The notes beneath the pieces were generated by a model. That model did no database searches and was not told the DNA's origin. It was given only the letters and a program-made list of their open reading frames with translations. A stretch of 64,000 bases of DNA from a virus, in IMG/VR virus record IMGVR_UViG_3300044691_000116, positions 1 to 64,000 of that record. The stretch is one strand, 5' to 3'. Both the position numbers and the translations under genes were made by a program. Every line of letters begins with the position of its first letter. Within the stretch, counting starts at the first letter, position 1. This document shows, piece after piece, positions 56,241 through 64,000 of this stretch.

Positions 56241-56714
56241 TCATTGGCCGCGATAGTCTTCCCAGCGTTTTTCGCTGAAGATGACGCCTAGGTCGACCGC
56301 ACCGAAGGCTAGGACTTTCTCAAGGTATTCGCTCATCTTTTTCACGGACAGGCCAGTCGTCGAGCGCAGGCGCCGCAGTACCGATGTGCGCTTGCGCCCC
56401 GCGACCTTGACCTTCTTGATCTCGTAGCCGAGGAACTGTCGCTTGCACAGCTCGTGATATGCCTCGGCCGCGAATTGGTCGCCATTGATGCGCGCCTGTT
56501 CGGAGATTTCCTTTAGGACGACGCCCCAATAGAATCGCAGTTGCCGCAGGGTGCGGTCGCTCTCAGCCTCTTCGGCCCGAATACGCACCTCCTTGCCGTC
56601 GGCGATCAGCATCTGCGCGCGCTCGTAGGCCAGCTTCGCGACCTTGTGCGCGCCCTGGCGGGTGCTGACGATGACGTCGAGGGGTTCGGTCAAGCACCCT
56701 CCCCTTTGGGCCAT
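56241..56714 (-). CDS. NinB/YbcN-like recombination protein
   Basis: RT..Q...YW...L..IS.Q...K..F...RSTT.LS...MS.Y.E.V.AFG. Confidence 0.8.
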   Translation of the reverse strand: MAQRGGCLTEPLDVIVSTRQGAHKVAKLAYERAQMLIADGKEVRIRAEEAESDRTLRQLRFYWGVVLKEISEQARINGDQFAAEAYHELCKRQFLGYEIKKVKVAGRKRTSVLRRLRSTTGLSVKKMSEYLEKVLAFGAVDLGVIFSEKRWEDYRGQ

Positions 56715-56926
56715 TCCGCGCGAACACGCTCCCGCAACCGGCGCCCCGCTTCAGCGCCTTCGAGGAAGTCCACTTGCTCGATGAAGGCGGCCCGCTTGCC
56801 GCGGTTCGAGTTCCCGCGCATCGACAGAATCTCCTGAACTTGGCGGTGACGATGCAGACACTCAGCCCTCCACTCGGGCGAATCGCTTTCGACCTCGCGG
56901 CCATCGGAGAGGGTGACGGTGGTCAT
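56690..56926 (-). CDS. hypothetical protein
   Basis: DG..V...S.EWR.EC motif; coupled start. Confidence 0.65.
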   Translation of the reverse strand: MTTVTLSDGREVESDSPEWRAECLHRHRQVQEILSMRGNSNRGKRAAFIEQVDFLEGAEAGRRLRERVRAEWPKGEGA

Positions 56927-57429
56927 GCGGCGCCCGTCCAATCCAAGGATTTGTCTTGCATCCAAAGGCGCTCGCGCGGACCACCTTCGTAGGGTGAAAC
57001 ATTGAATAGTTCGCAGAGTTTCAGGAAGTCGCGCCAACTCAACCCCTCGTGGCCGTCCGTCTTGACGAAGCGTGGCAGTTGCTCGTCGAGCATGTCTGAA
57101 TCATCGTCAAGGATTGCGTACTCGATGACCTCGGGATGAGCCTTGAGCCAGTCGGCGATTTGCTGCCCGCGTGGACCCATTCCGTTGCCCGTCTTGCTCA
57201 TGATCGGCAGCCTCAGCGCGTTCGCCACGTCGTGCGGGTCGCGCCCCAGACGCCATGCCGATGAAAGGCATATGCTCAAACCACCCACCTCGCAAAGCCG
57301 GCGAATCATGCCAAGCGCCGCTTGATCAAACGCCGCTTGATGCTCCAACTCAAACGGGTAGCCGCCGAAAGCGAGCGCCGTCCGTGTGCTATTCAACACG
57401 CCATCGATGTCGAGGAATAGAACCCTCAT
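56923..57429 (-). CDS. HAD-family protein (RNA-repair-associated HAD-like)
   Basis: FLDIDGVLN, LSSAWR, RG..I..WL and YAILDD..DM. Confidence 0.85.
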   Translation of the reverse strand: MRVLFLDIDGVLNSTRTALAFGGYPFELEHQAAFDQAALGMIRRLCEVGGLSICLSSAWRLGRDPHDVANALRLPIMSKTGNGMGPRGQQIADWLKAHPEVIEYAILDDDSDMLDEQLPRFVKTDGHEGLSWRDFLKLCELFNVSPYEGGPRERLWMQDKSLDWTGAA

Positions 57430-57950
57430 GCGGTTGTTCCTCTAATGAGTCCGACCCGGGCCAGTACCGCCCTCAACTTCGCATCGCCCGCAGCGTTGGT
57501 GATCAGCGTGGCCTGCGTATCGGCAGCTGCTCGGAGTTCGAAGGCGCGTTTCTCGCCGCGGTTCATCAGCGCCGTCATGCCTACCAAAAAATGGCATCCG
57601 GGCGCATCGAAGCCTCGCGCGACACACCCAGGCCAACAGGTGAGATCGCAAGCCTTGATGCGCTCACCTTTCCCGTCCGCTCCAGAATCCGAATGGCAGG
57701 CATTCGAGAATCCGACGATGCCGCATCGGTAGCATGGCAACGCGGCCACTGCGCGTCGATAGCCTTCGTCGACCACGTACTCGCGCTTGGGCTGCGGGTT
57801 GAACACCGCCGCACTTGGCGCTGGCACCCGGTACAGCCGCGGCGCGATGCGTTCGAGGGTGACGACGAGGTCGTCGTCGAGCGGGAGCGTCACGCGCACC
57901 GGCGGTTTACGCTTGAATGCGGTTCTCCGAAGTGGCGCGCCGCGGTTCAC
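57426..57950 (-). CDS. Zn-binding nuclease-like nin protein
   Basis: YR..VA.LPC..CG....S.A.H...K....K.CD...P.C......CH. Confidence 0.7.
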   Translation of the reverse strand: MNRGAPLRRTAFKRKPPVRVTLPLDDDLVVTLERIAPRLYRVPAPSAAVFNPQPKREYVVDEGYRRAVAALPCYRCGIVGFSNACHSDSGADGKGERIKACDLTCWPGCVARGFDAPGCHFLVGMTALMNRGEKRAFELRAAADTQATLITNAAGDAKLRAVLARVGLIRGTTA

Positions 57951-58126
57951 GACACCATCCCCCAGAGCAAGATCAGCGCGCCGACTGCGGCCAGAAAAAC
58001 ACCGAACACTCCGCAGACCGCAATCGCGTCATGTTTCTGGTCCCACGTCTCGTGGAGCGCTGGTGTCGGGTAGAGGTATTCGGCCAGAATCGCGACGAGG
58101 AACATCAAACAGCCGAGCGTGATCAC
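57947..58126 (-). CDS. small two-TM protein
   Basis: 59 aa; GTGA-coupled on both sides. Confidence 0.5.
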   Translation of the reverse strand: MITLGCLMFLVAILAEYLYPTPALHETWDQKHDAIAVCGVFGVFLAAVGALILLWGMVS

Positions 58127-58446
58127 GCTGCCACCTCTTCAGGCCGGCCGGTGATGATCACCATCTCGTCGACCGCATCTGCGCCCGGGTCGCGGAGGGG
58201 ACGAAGCATCGCATCCGGGATGTCGACGAGACTGCCCATCGTGGGGTTTTGCCAGTGCCCGTCGCAACAGGCCAACAGGCCGCCGCTTGCCGAACGAATC
58301 GCCCAATGAAATCGCGAGTCGCCGTCCGAGCTCCAATCGTCACCAGCCTCGACCACCCGCACGAATTTTCCTACATCCATTTCACTCCATGGATCCTCAG
58401 CCCCCACAATCACAGCGATGTCGCCGACCTTGCAATTGAGTTTCAT
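58123..58446 (-). CDS. hypothetical phage protein
   Basis: LNCK.GD.A.IV...D..LRP.RD.G.DA.DEM. Confidence 0.75.
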   Translation of the reverse strand: MKLNCKVGDIAVIVGAEDPWSEMDVGKFVRVVEAGDDWSSDGDSRFHWAIRSASGGLLACCDGHWQNPTMGSLVDIPDAMLRPLRDPGADAVDEMVIITGRPEEVAA

Positions 58447-58449
58447 TGG

Positions 58450-59793
58450 TTAATCCGCCTCAAAGTGACGCTTGCCACGCGAAGCGGCAGCGATGGGTTT
58501 GATGTCCTCGGAGCTCTCGTTCCAGAGTTGGTAGCGCCCCTGGAAGTCCAGGCCGAACTTCCCCGTGGATCCGCTTCGGTTCGCCGCGACGCCACAGGCG
58601 ATCAACTTGTGCCCGAACGTATCGAAGTCGCGCACCGGCCAGAGGAAGATCACGGCGTCAGCGTCCTGCTCGATCGATCCGGACTCGCGCAGGTCAGAGA
58701 GCCGCGGCTCTTTGTCGGGTCGGCTCTCCACGTCGCGGTTCAACTGCGACAGCAGCAGAACGGCGCAGTCCAACTCCTTCGCCAGCGTCTTGATACCGCG
58801 GCTGATCTCGCCGATCTCCTCGTTTCGATTGGCGCCGGCTCGACCAGTGCTGCCTGAGCACAGCTGCAAGTAGTCGATCACCAGTAGCTTCAAGCCCTTG
58901 ACGGCGCGCGCCTTGCTACGGATGTCGTTGAGCGTCAGGCCGCCCTGATCGTCGATCCAGATCGGCACCCGGGACAGCGTCTCAACACCCTCGGTCATGC
59001 AGCCCCAGTCGTCGTTCGTCAGCTTGCCGGTCATGAGATTGCTGTAGGGGACTCGACCAACGTTGGAGATCGCGCGGTCTGTCACCTCGGTGTCCGGCAT
59101 CTCCTGGGTGAGGATCAGCGACGGCAGCCCGTCGTCTTTGGCGAACGTCGTTGCGATTTGGGCGCACAGACTGGTCTTGCCGACCTTCGGTCGCGCAGCC
59201 ACGACGTAGACCTTGCCTCCGCGCAGTCCACCGGATAGGAGGCGATCCAGAGTTGGGATCCGTGTTCGCCAGGCGCTCGGGATCTCGCCCATGGACAACG
59301 CGGTGTAGTAGTCGATCCGGTTGATCAGAAGATCACTGATCAGCCGCGGCATCTTGCGCACGGTCTTGTGTGCCATGCCGCTAAAGAGCGCCGTGATCTG
59401 CTCAAGTCGGCCGTTCAACTCGCCATCACCCTCGGCGATCGCTGCCGCCTCCTCGATGGCCGCGGACAGGTTTCGCTCAATCGAGGCGATGCGCAGGATC
59501 TCGGCGTAGCGCCGCGCCGCGCGTGGACTGCCCAGGCTCTGCGCAATCGCGTTGATGTCCGTAACGGACAGGTCGTGCGTGCCGAGTTCGCCGAGCTTCT
59601 GGTGCACCGTGAGCACATCCACGGCCTTGCTCGCCATCACGAGCGCCGACACCGCAACGAAGATGGCTCGATTGCCGACGTTGACGAAGTCCCGCTCGGT
59701 GACCACGTCCGCCACCCGGTCAAAAGTCTCCGGGTGCGTGATGATCGCCGACAGCAGTGCATGCTCGGTGTCGAGGCTGAAGGTACGGCTCAT
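58450..59793 (-). CDS. dnaB: replicative DNA helicase
   Basis: AARPKVGKT, VIDYLQL, LSQLNR and DLRESGSIEQDAD. Confidence 0.95.
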   Translation of the reverse strand: MSRTFSLDTEHALLSAIITHPETFDRVADVVTERDFVNVGNRAIFVAVSALVMASKAVDVLTVHQKLGELGTHDLSVTDINAIAQSLGSPRAARRYAEILRIASIERNLSAAIEEAAAIAEGDGELNGRLEQITALFSGMAHKTVRKMPRLISDLLINRIDYYTALSMGEIPSAWRTRIPTLDRLLSGGLRGGKVYVVAARPKVGKTSLCAQIATTFAKDDGLPSLILTQEMPDTEVTDRAISNVGRVPYSNLMTGKLTNDDWGCMTEGVETLSRVPIWIDDQGGLTLNDIRSKARAVKGLKLLVIDYLQLCSGSTGRAGANRNEEIGEISRGIKTLAKELDCAVLLLSQLNRDVESRPDKEPRLSDLRESGSIEQDADAVIFLWPVRDFDTFGHKLIACGVAANRSGSTGKFGLDFQGRYQLWNESSEDIKPIAAASRGKRHFEAD

Positions 59794-60722
59794 GCGGGCA
59801 CCTCTTCAGTCTCTTCTTCGTCCGGAACGTAGCCCTGGTCGTGGTAGTCGCTCTCCAGAACGCGATTCCACTTCTCCTGCGCCACGATCCACTCAAGCTT
59901 CGCAAAGAATCGCCGCCGACCCGGCGAGGGTTCAACCTTACCCGTGAGGAACGGGCTCGTCGCGACGAATCGAAACAGCTTGGCAAAGAAGCGAAGGCCG
60001 TCATCCTGCGTCTTCCAGCCTTTCTCCTTGGCAGTTTCGCGCCAACGAGTTCGGAGAGCCTCCGCACGCTTGCCGTTCCACAACGCTGGGTTGTGGCGCG
60101 GATTGTCCGGCAGCAGCTTTTCCCACAAGGCAAGGATTTCGCCGTGAGGGCAGTCGGGGTATGCCAACTTCCGAGCCTTGCCGCCAGTCGCGGTGGGCGA
60201 ATCGCCAGATTCGGACGAAGCATCACCGTTAGGTGATGCTGGGTTTACTTCTTCTCTCCTCTCCTCTTCTCTAGGCGTGACATCGTCATCGGTGGCGTGA
60301 CATGGCGTGACATGGCGTGATGTGTCTTCGTTTGGTTTTGTTTGGTTGTCGGCGTCGGCGTCACGGGCGCGTTGCCGGCGCTTTCTCTCCGTTGCGTTGT
60401 CGTCGTCCCGCTCGCGCTTTGGCTGGCGCCTGTCCCATGCCTCAAGCCGCCCCGATGCGCGAATCACCATGGCCTTGTCGACCATGACGCCGTAAACGCG
60501 CTCAGCGTCACCTTCTTCCATGCCGAGCAGGAAGTCGATGGATTCAAAGTCGGGCATACCGGGGTTGCCGCGATCTTCCGAGGCGCTGGCTGCCTCCATG
60601 AGTAGGTGCCACATCGCGATGACATCGCCGCGACGCACCCTAGCCTTCGATGCCACAAGCCCGAGTTTCGGGTCCGACACCGTGCCGTGGTGCGCGCGAT
60701 ACCATTCGATGCCACCAGCCAT
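59790..60722 (-). CDS. phage replication initiator
   Basis: W.R..HG...DPK N-domain, W..RQPKRE and ERKRRQR.R; upstream of dnaB. Confidence 0.8.
   Translation of the reverse strand: MAGGIEWYRAHHGTVSDPKLGLVASKARVRRGDVIAMWHLLMEAASASEDRGNPGMPDFESIDFLLGMEEGDAERVYGVMVDKAMVIRASGRLEAWDRRQPKRERDDDNATERKRRQRARDADADNQTKPNEDTSRHVTPCHATDDDVTPREEERREEVNPASPNGDASSESGDSPTATGGKARKLAYPDCPHGEILALWEKLLPDNPRHNPALWNGKRAEALRTRWRETAKEKGWKTQDDGLRFFAKLFRFVATSPFLTGKVEPSPGRRRFFAKLEWIVAQEKWNRVLESDYHDQGYVPDEEETEEVPA
60243..60322. repeat. putative replication origin iterons within the initiator gene
   Basis: GGCGTGACAT at 60274, 60294 and 60304, partial copy at 60314, next to a pyrimidine tract. Confidence 0.6.
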
Positions 60723-60939
60723 CAGCGCAGGCCCTCCTGCTTGCGGTGGGCGGCCAGCAGCCGCTCCGACTCTGAGCGCGAGTTCAGGCCCGCGGCCTTG
60801 ACCGCGTCGAGATCGAGCATGTCGATGCCGGTCGTCTCGGGCGGAAATACCTCGCAAGCCGTCAGGCCGTGGCGACGTGCGATCTCGCGGCACTCCGCGA
60901 TGGCGTGCAGGCGATCATTTGCCAATTGGAGAGGCTGGC

Positions 60940-61239
60940 TCACGAGAACAACGCTCCCTGCGCTTCGCCGACCGCGGCCAGCCGGACGGGGTGGATCTGC
61001 CTGCCGGAGACGTTGCAAGCGCGCGTCGGGCCGAGCTCTAGCACACCCAGGTGGCGAAGGTCATTGCACCGACCAGACACCGTATTGATCGGAAGCCCCG
61101 TCGCGCGGCACAACTCCTGCAAGCTGTAATTCCTGCCGACAGAGATGGCGTCGACGATGATCTGCTGCTGCCGCGAGAGGGTACCGTCCGCGCGGATGGC
61201 TTCGTAGGCCTCGCGGCTGGTTGAGGCGACGTTTGTCAT
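60940..61239 (-). CDS. winged-HTH protein
   Basis: TS.EAY......LS.QQ..I...S..EL...TGLPINTVSGR.N.L. Confidence 0.75.
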   Translation of the reverse strand: MTNVASTSREAYEAIRADGTLSRQQQIIVDAISVGRNYSLQELCRATGLPINTVSGRCNDLRHLGVLELGPTRACNVSGRQIHPVRLAAVGEAQGALFS

Positions 61240-61778
61240 GCGACCCCGTTCCAGTTGAAGGCGCTCGCCGCAGGGATCACCACAGACTTTCTGGCGGTTC
61301 CGCGCCGAATGTTCCCGGCGTGCGTCTTGCTGATACCGTGTCGTGCCGCGCACGCATCGAGGCTGTCGGTGCTAGCGCGAATATCAGTGATATGCGAATC
61401 ATCCAGGCGCGACTGCGCTCGGCGCCCTATCGCCACCTTTGCGGCGTGCAACATGGGGTTTTTGCGCGGGTGTCTCTGGCACGCAGCCGATAGCGTACCG
61501 GCGCGCCAATGCCCTGGATTGGCGCAAGTGCTGACGCCGCAGTGCGGATACCAGACCACATCCGGCGCCGGCCGCTTCCCCGTCTTCAGAAAGCAGATGA
61601 CGCCGCCGATTGTGACGGTGGCGCGAAACTCAGCGAACCAGAGTTTCGGGGTGCCGCGGCAGTCCAGCGCCAGTTGCCAGAGCCAGCACGCATCCTCACC
61701 GTCTGCGACGCGGGATCGCGCTTTGAGGTCGTTGGCGGAACGAACGCCGCCGAGGTATTTTCCAAGCACGTGCGCCAT
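61236..61778 (-). CDS. HNH-like protein with C-terminal HTH
   Basis: CWLW...CG...CANP.H...GT...I..IR. Confidence 0.65.
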   Translation of the reverse strand: MAHVLGKYLGGVRSANDLKARSRVADGEDACWLWQLALDCRGTPKLWFAEFRATVTIGGVICFLKTGKRPAPDVVWYPHCGVSTCANPGHWRAGTLSAACQRHPRKNPMLHAAKVAIGRRAQSRLDDSHITDIRASTDSLDACAARHGISKTHAGNIRRGTARKSVVIPAASAFNWNGVA

Positions 61779-61779
61779 C

Positions 61780-62124
61780 TCAACTCCTCGCCTTCGGCTG
61801 CCAAGCCGGCACGACGACGGAATCGAATTTCGACGAGAAGCCCGGTGGCCAATCGAGGCGAAAGACCGGCATTGGTGGCACCGGCGCCCCATCCATCGGA
61901 GTCATCCGCCACATGATTCGTCCGGTCGAATTCCTCATTCGCTCGACCCAGCCAGCCTCGACAGCAGCCTTGAGCGTCGACGGGACGGCGTTACCTTCGA
62001 CGCCGAGCGCCCTGGCCATCACGCAGTTTCGTGACCAGGCGCCAGCTGGCTTGCTGCGTTGCTGGGTCTTGAGCCAAGCGACCATTCGAGCCTCGTCGGA
62101 TCCTTGCTTCGGCGCGTAGCTCAT
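61780..62124 (-). CDS. hypothetical (HTH-like) protein
   Basis: Coupled start on the operon strand. Confidence 0.55.
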   Translation of the reverse strand: MSYAPKQGSDEARMVAWLKTQQRSKPAGAWSRNCVMARALGVEGNAVPSTLKAAVEAGWVERMRNSTGRIMWRMTPMDGAPVPPMPVFRLDWPPGFSSKFDSVVVPAWQPKARS

Positions 62125-62387
62125 ACCGCCGGTCTCCCCGCCTCGAACGCGTCGCGAAAGCCATTGGCGATCTCGGTGCCGATGTCGAGCGGTGCGGCAT
62201 CAGCGGGCCGGCGCGCGATCCATTCCGGCATCCTCGATTGGTCGCCACGGTTGCGGCACACGCCTTGCCTCGCCAAGTCGTCGGTGATGCGATCGATCTC
62301 GACAATATCCCCGCGGGAAGCGGCATGGATAAGTGCGTCCCTTTCGTTCAGTCCGAACGTGAGGGCGATGTGTGGGTGCGTGAGCAT
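62121..62387 (-). CDS. hypothetical protein
   Basis: GAGGA RBS before ATG 62387. Confidence 0.55.
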   Translation of the reverse strand: MLTHPHIALTFGLNERDALIHAASRGDIVEIDRITDDLARQGVCRNRGDQSRMPEWIARRPADAAPLDIGTEIANGFRDAFEAGRPAV

Positions 62388-62440
62388 GGTGGGTTCCTCG
62401 AAGGAAATCAGTTGGTGCGGCGCCAGCAAGCGCCCTTCAA

Positions 62441-62875
62441 TCAGGTGGCGCGAATTTCCTTGAAGATCCGGCGCTCTATCTCGCGCTCCATCCTTTCGCG
62501 CTTCAACTCCTCCAACGCGATGCGGAGCCGCATCTCCGTCTGGGTCTCCACGTGGCGCAGCGTCGTAATGTCGTAATTGCGCGAGTGCAGCAGCCACAAC
62601 ATCGGCGCCTCGTTCTCGGCGACATCCATGAACAAGTTCAACTTGTCCTGTGGAAAATTCGCGGATCCGGCCTGTCCCATGATTCGAGACCACTGCGCCT
62701 GATCCTTCACGACACCGGTAGCGCCGTAGAACTGCGCGTCATCCTTACCGCTCAACGTCTGGCACAGATGCAGCGCCTTCGTGAACGTCGGCTGTTTGTA
62801 GATCAGCGCCGGGTCGATCGCCTGCATTGCTGGGCGATTGGTCATTTCAAACTGCATCGCCGCATCATTCGTCAT
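62441..62875 (-). CDS. CII-like transcriptional regulator
   Basis: D.AQWSRI..G.ANFP......FMD...NE.P..WL....YD...LR..ET..E. Confidence 0.6.
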   Translation of the reverse strand: MTNDAAMQFEMTNRPAMQAIDPALIYKQPTFTKALHLCQTLSGKDDAQFYGATGVVKDQAQWSRIMGQAGSANFPQDKLNLFMDVAENEAPMLWLLHSRNYDITTLRHVETQTEMRLRIALEELKRERMEREIERRIFKEIRAT

Positions 62876-63158
62876 GATTTATGACTCGGCATGACTCGTT
62901 CAGTTGGGCAAAAAAAGTTGCAATGAATGCATGGACAACTTCAGCGACGCAACGAGTGAAACCAACCAACGACATGTGGGCGATGGCTGCCGTCCAATCG
63001 CTCCTCAAGCGAGCCTGTACGACGATCTCGCGGGAATACGCCTTCCTGGCCGGGGACATTGCGGTGCCAGATACGAAGCTGTTGGCGCAAGCCTTGGAGA
63101 AGGCACGCAGGAAGGCACCAGGAAGGCCGACACGGAGGGGTTGAACGGCCCGCATGCC

Positions 63159-63527
63159 CTACCCCTTCACCGCTTCAGCGGCTTCCTCGCGGAGCGTGTC
63201 GATGGCGAACTGCGGCACGTTGTAGCCAATACCCCTCAGGAATTCGAGCTGGTCGGCGCAAGTGGCAGCGTCGGGCAACGAGAAGGATTCGCCGTCGTAC
63301 GGCAAGCCGATCTCGGCGCGCAGGGACGCATCGAGAATGCGCATGACTTCTTGATGGCGCGCGACGTAGGCGTCCACGTTCGCAGCGGTCATTTCCACGC
63401 GGGGCGGGAATGGCTCGCACGGCACAACACGATTGCCAGCGACGTAGATTTGGAAGTAGCCGTCGCAGTGCTCGAAACAGTAGATGTCCGAGGCAAAGTC
63501 GTCGGAGCTGAATCGACAGTAGCTCAT
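63159..63527 (-). CDS. hypothetical phage protein
   Basis: MSYCRFSSD...D.Y...IGLP.DG..F...GY.VP..AI..LREE. Confidence 0.75.
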   Translation of the reverse strand: MSYCRFSSDDFASDIYCFEHCDGYFQIYVAGNRVVPCEPFPPRVEMTAANVDAYVARHQEVMRILDASLRAEIGLPYDGESFSLPDAATCADQLEFLRGIGYNVPQFAIDTLREEAAEAVKG

Positions 63528-63530
63528 GAC

Positions 63531-63740
63531 TCAGCACCCTCCCCGCAGCCGACGCCGGATTTCAGCGTCGGCTGCGACGGCTTTACGATGCCGCTCGGGC
63601 GCTTGCATCTGGTACTTCAGGTACGCCCACTGGATCTCCACGCTCCAGTAAGGGATGCGCTCTTGCAACGCCGCCGCAAGCGTGCCCATGGTCCGACCAA
63701 TTGGGCCTGCCGTCAGAGAGATCCAAGTAACGAGGCGCAT
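63531..63740 (-). CDS. hypothetical protein
   Basis: AGGAG RBS; operon spacing. Confidence 0.5.
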   Translation of the reverse strand: MRLVTWISLTAGPIGRTMGTLAAALQERIPYWSVEIQWAYLKYQMQAPERHRKAVAADAEIRRRLRGGC

Positions 63741-63743
63741 CGC

Positions 63744-63935
63744 TTACTCCTGCGACCAGCGCCCGCAGCGATGGTCGATCGGTGCGACCATCAACAGGCC
63801 ACGCGGAGTGGTGTTGACCGGCTCCGGGGCCTTGCGGATCAGCGCGAGAGCTGCAGCGAGTTCGTCGGCGTCGACCTTCTCACCGCGGAAGTAGATGGTG
63901 CTGGGCGCAGGGGCCTGCGCGTTCTTGGCGTCCAT
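63744..63935 (-). CDS. hypothetical protein
   Basis: Operon spacing. Confidence 0.45.
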   Translation of the reverse strand: MDAKNAQAPAPSTIYFRGEKVDADELAAALALIRKAPEPVNTTPRGLLMVAPIDHRCGRWSQE

Positions 63936-64000
63936 GGCGGCAATGCCAGGCTCATCGTCAGGACGAACATAGTTCCTCTCGGCCAGCCATTCGCCGAAGT

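Overview
The window is most of a temperate, contractile-tailed (myovirus-like) phage genome. It is GC-rich and probably infects a Betaproteobacterium (inference). The attachment site looks intact (attP), so this is likely the excised or virion form. Layout: (1) 1-12.8 kb, + strand, early/accessory operon. It opens with a complete diversity-generating retroelement (DGR): two tandem small target genes with variable regions (VR), avd, and a template repeat (TR) embedded in the 5' end of the reverse transcriptase ORF. All 17 TR-to-VR mismatches fall on TR adenines. A pentapeptide-repeat gene, mosaic small genes, a C5 methyltransferase apparently split over two overlapping frames, xis and int follow. 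(2) 12.8-14.8 kb: an intact tRNA-Val(CAC), an attP whose core is a second copy of the Val anticodon stem-loop, a Wzy-like membrane gene, and a candidate sRNA whose promoter is flanked by DnaA boxes. (3) 14.8-54.3 kb, - strand, late region: lysis, tail, baseplate, head and terminase genes, preceded by an unusual ~10 kb block of carbohydrate-active or fibre-like genes (GH5, beta-helix, SGNH) next to a PEP-CTERM moron. (4) 54.4-64 kb, - strand: Q-like antiterminator, nin-like genes, DnaB, replication initiator with iterons, and a CII-like gene. The strongest candidates for new biology are the two-target DGR that diversifies non-tail proteins, the whole-tRNA replacement next to attP, and the pre-terminase glycan-enzyme block. 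All family assignments come from motif recognition by eye; no searches were run.
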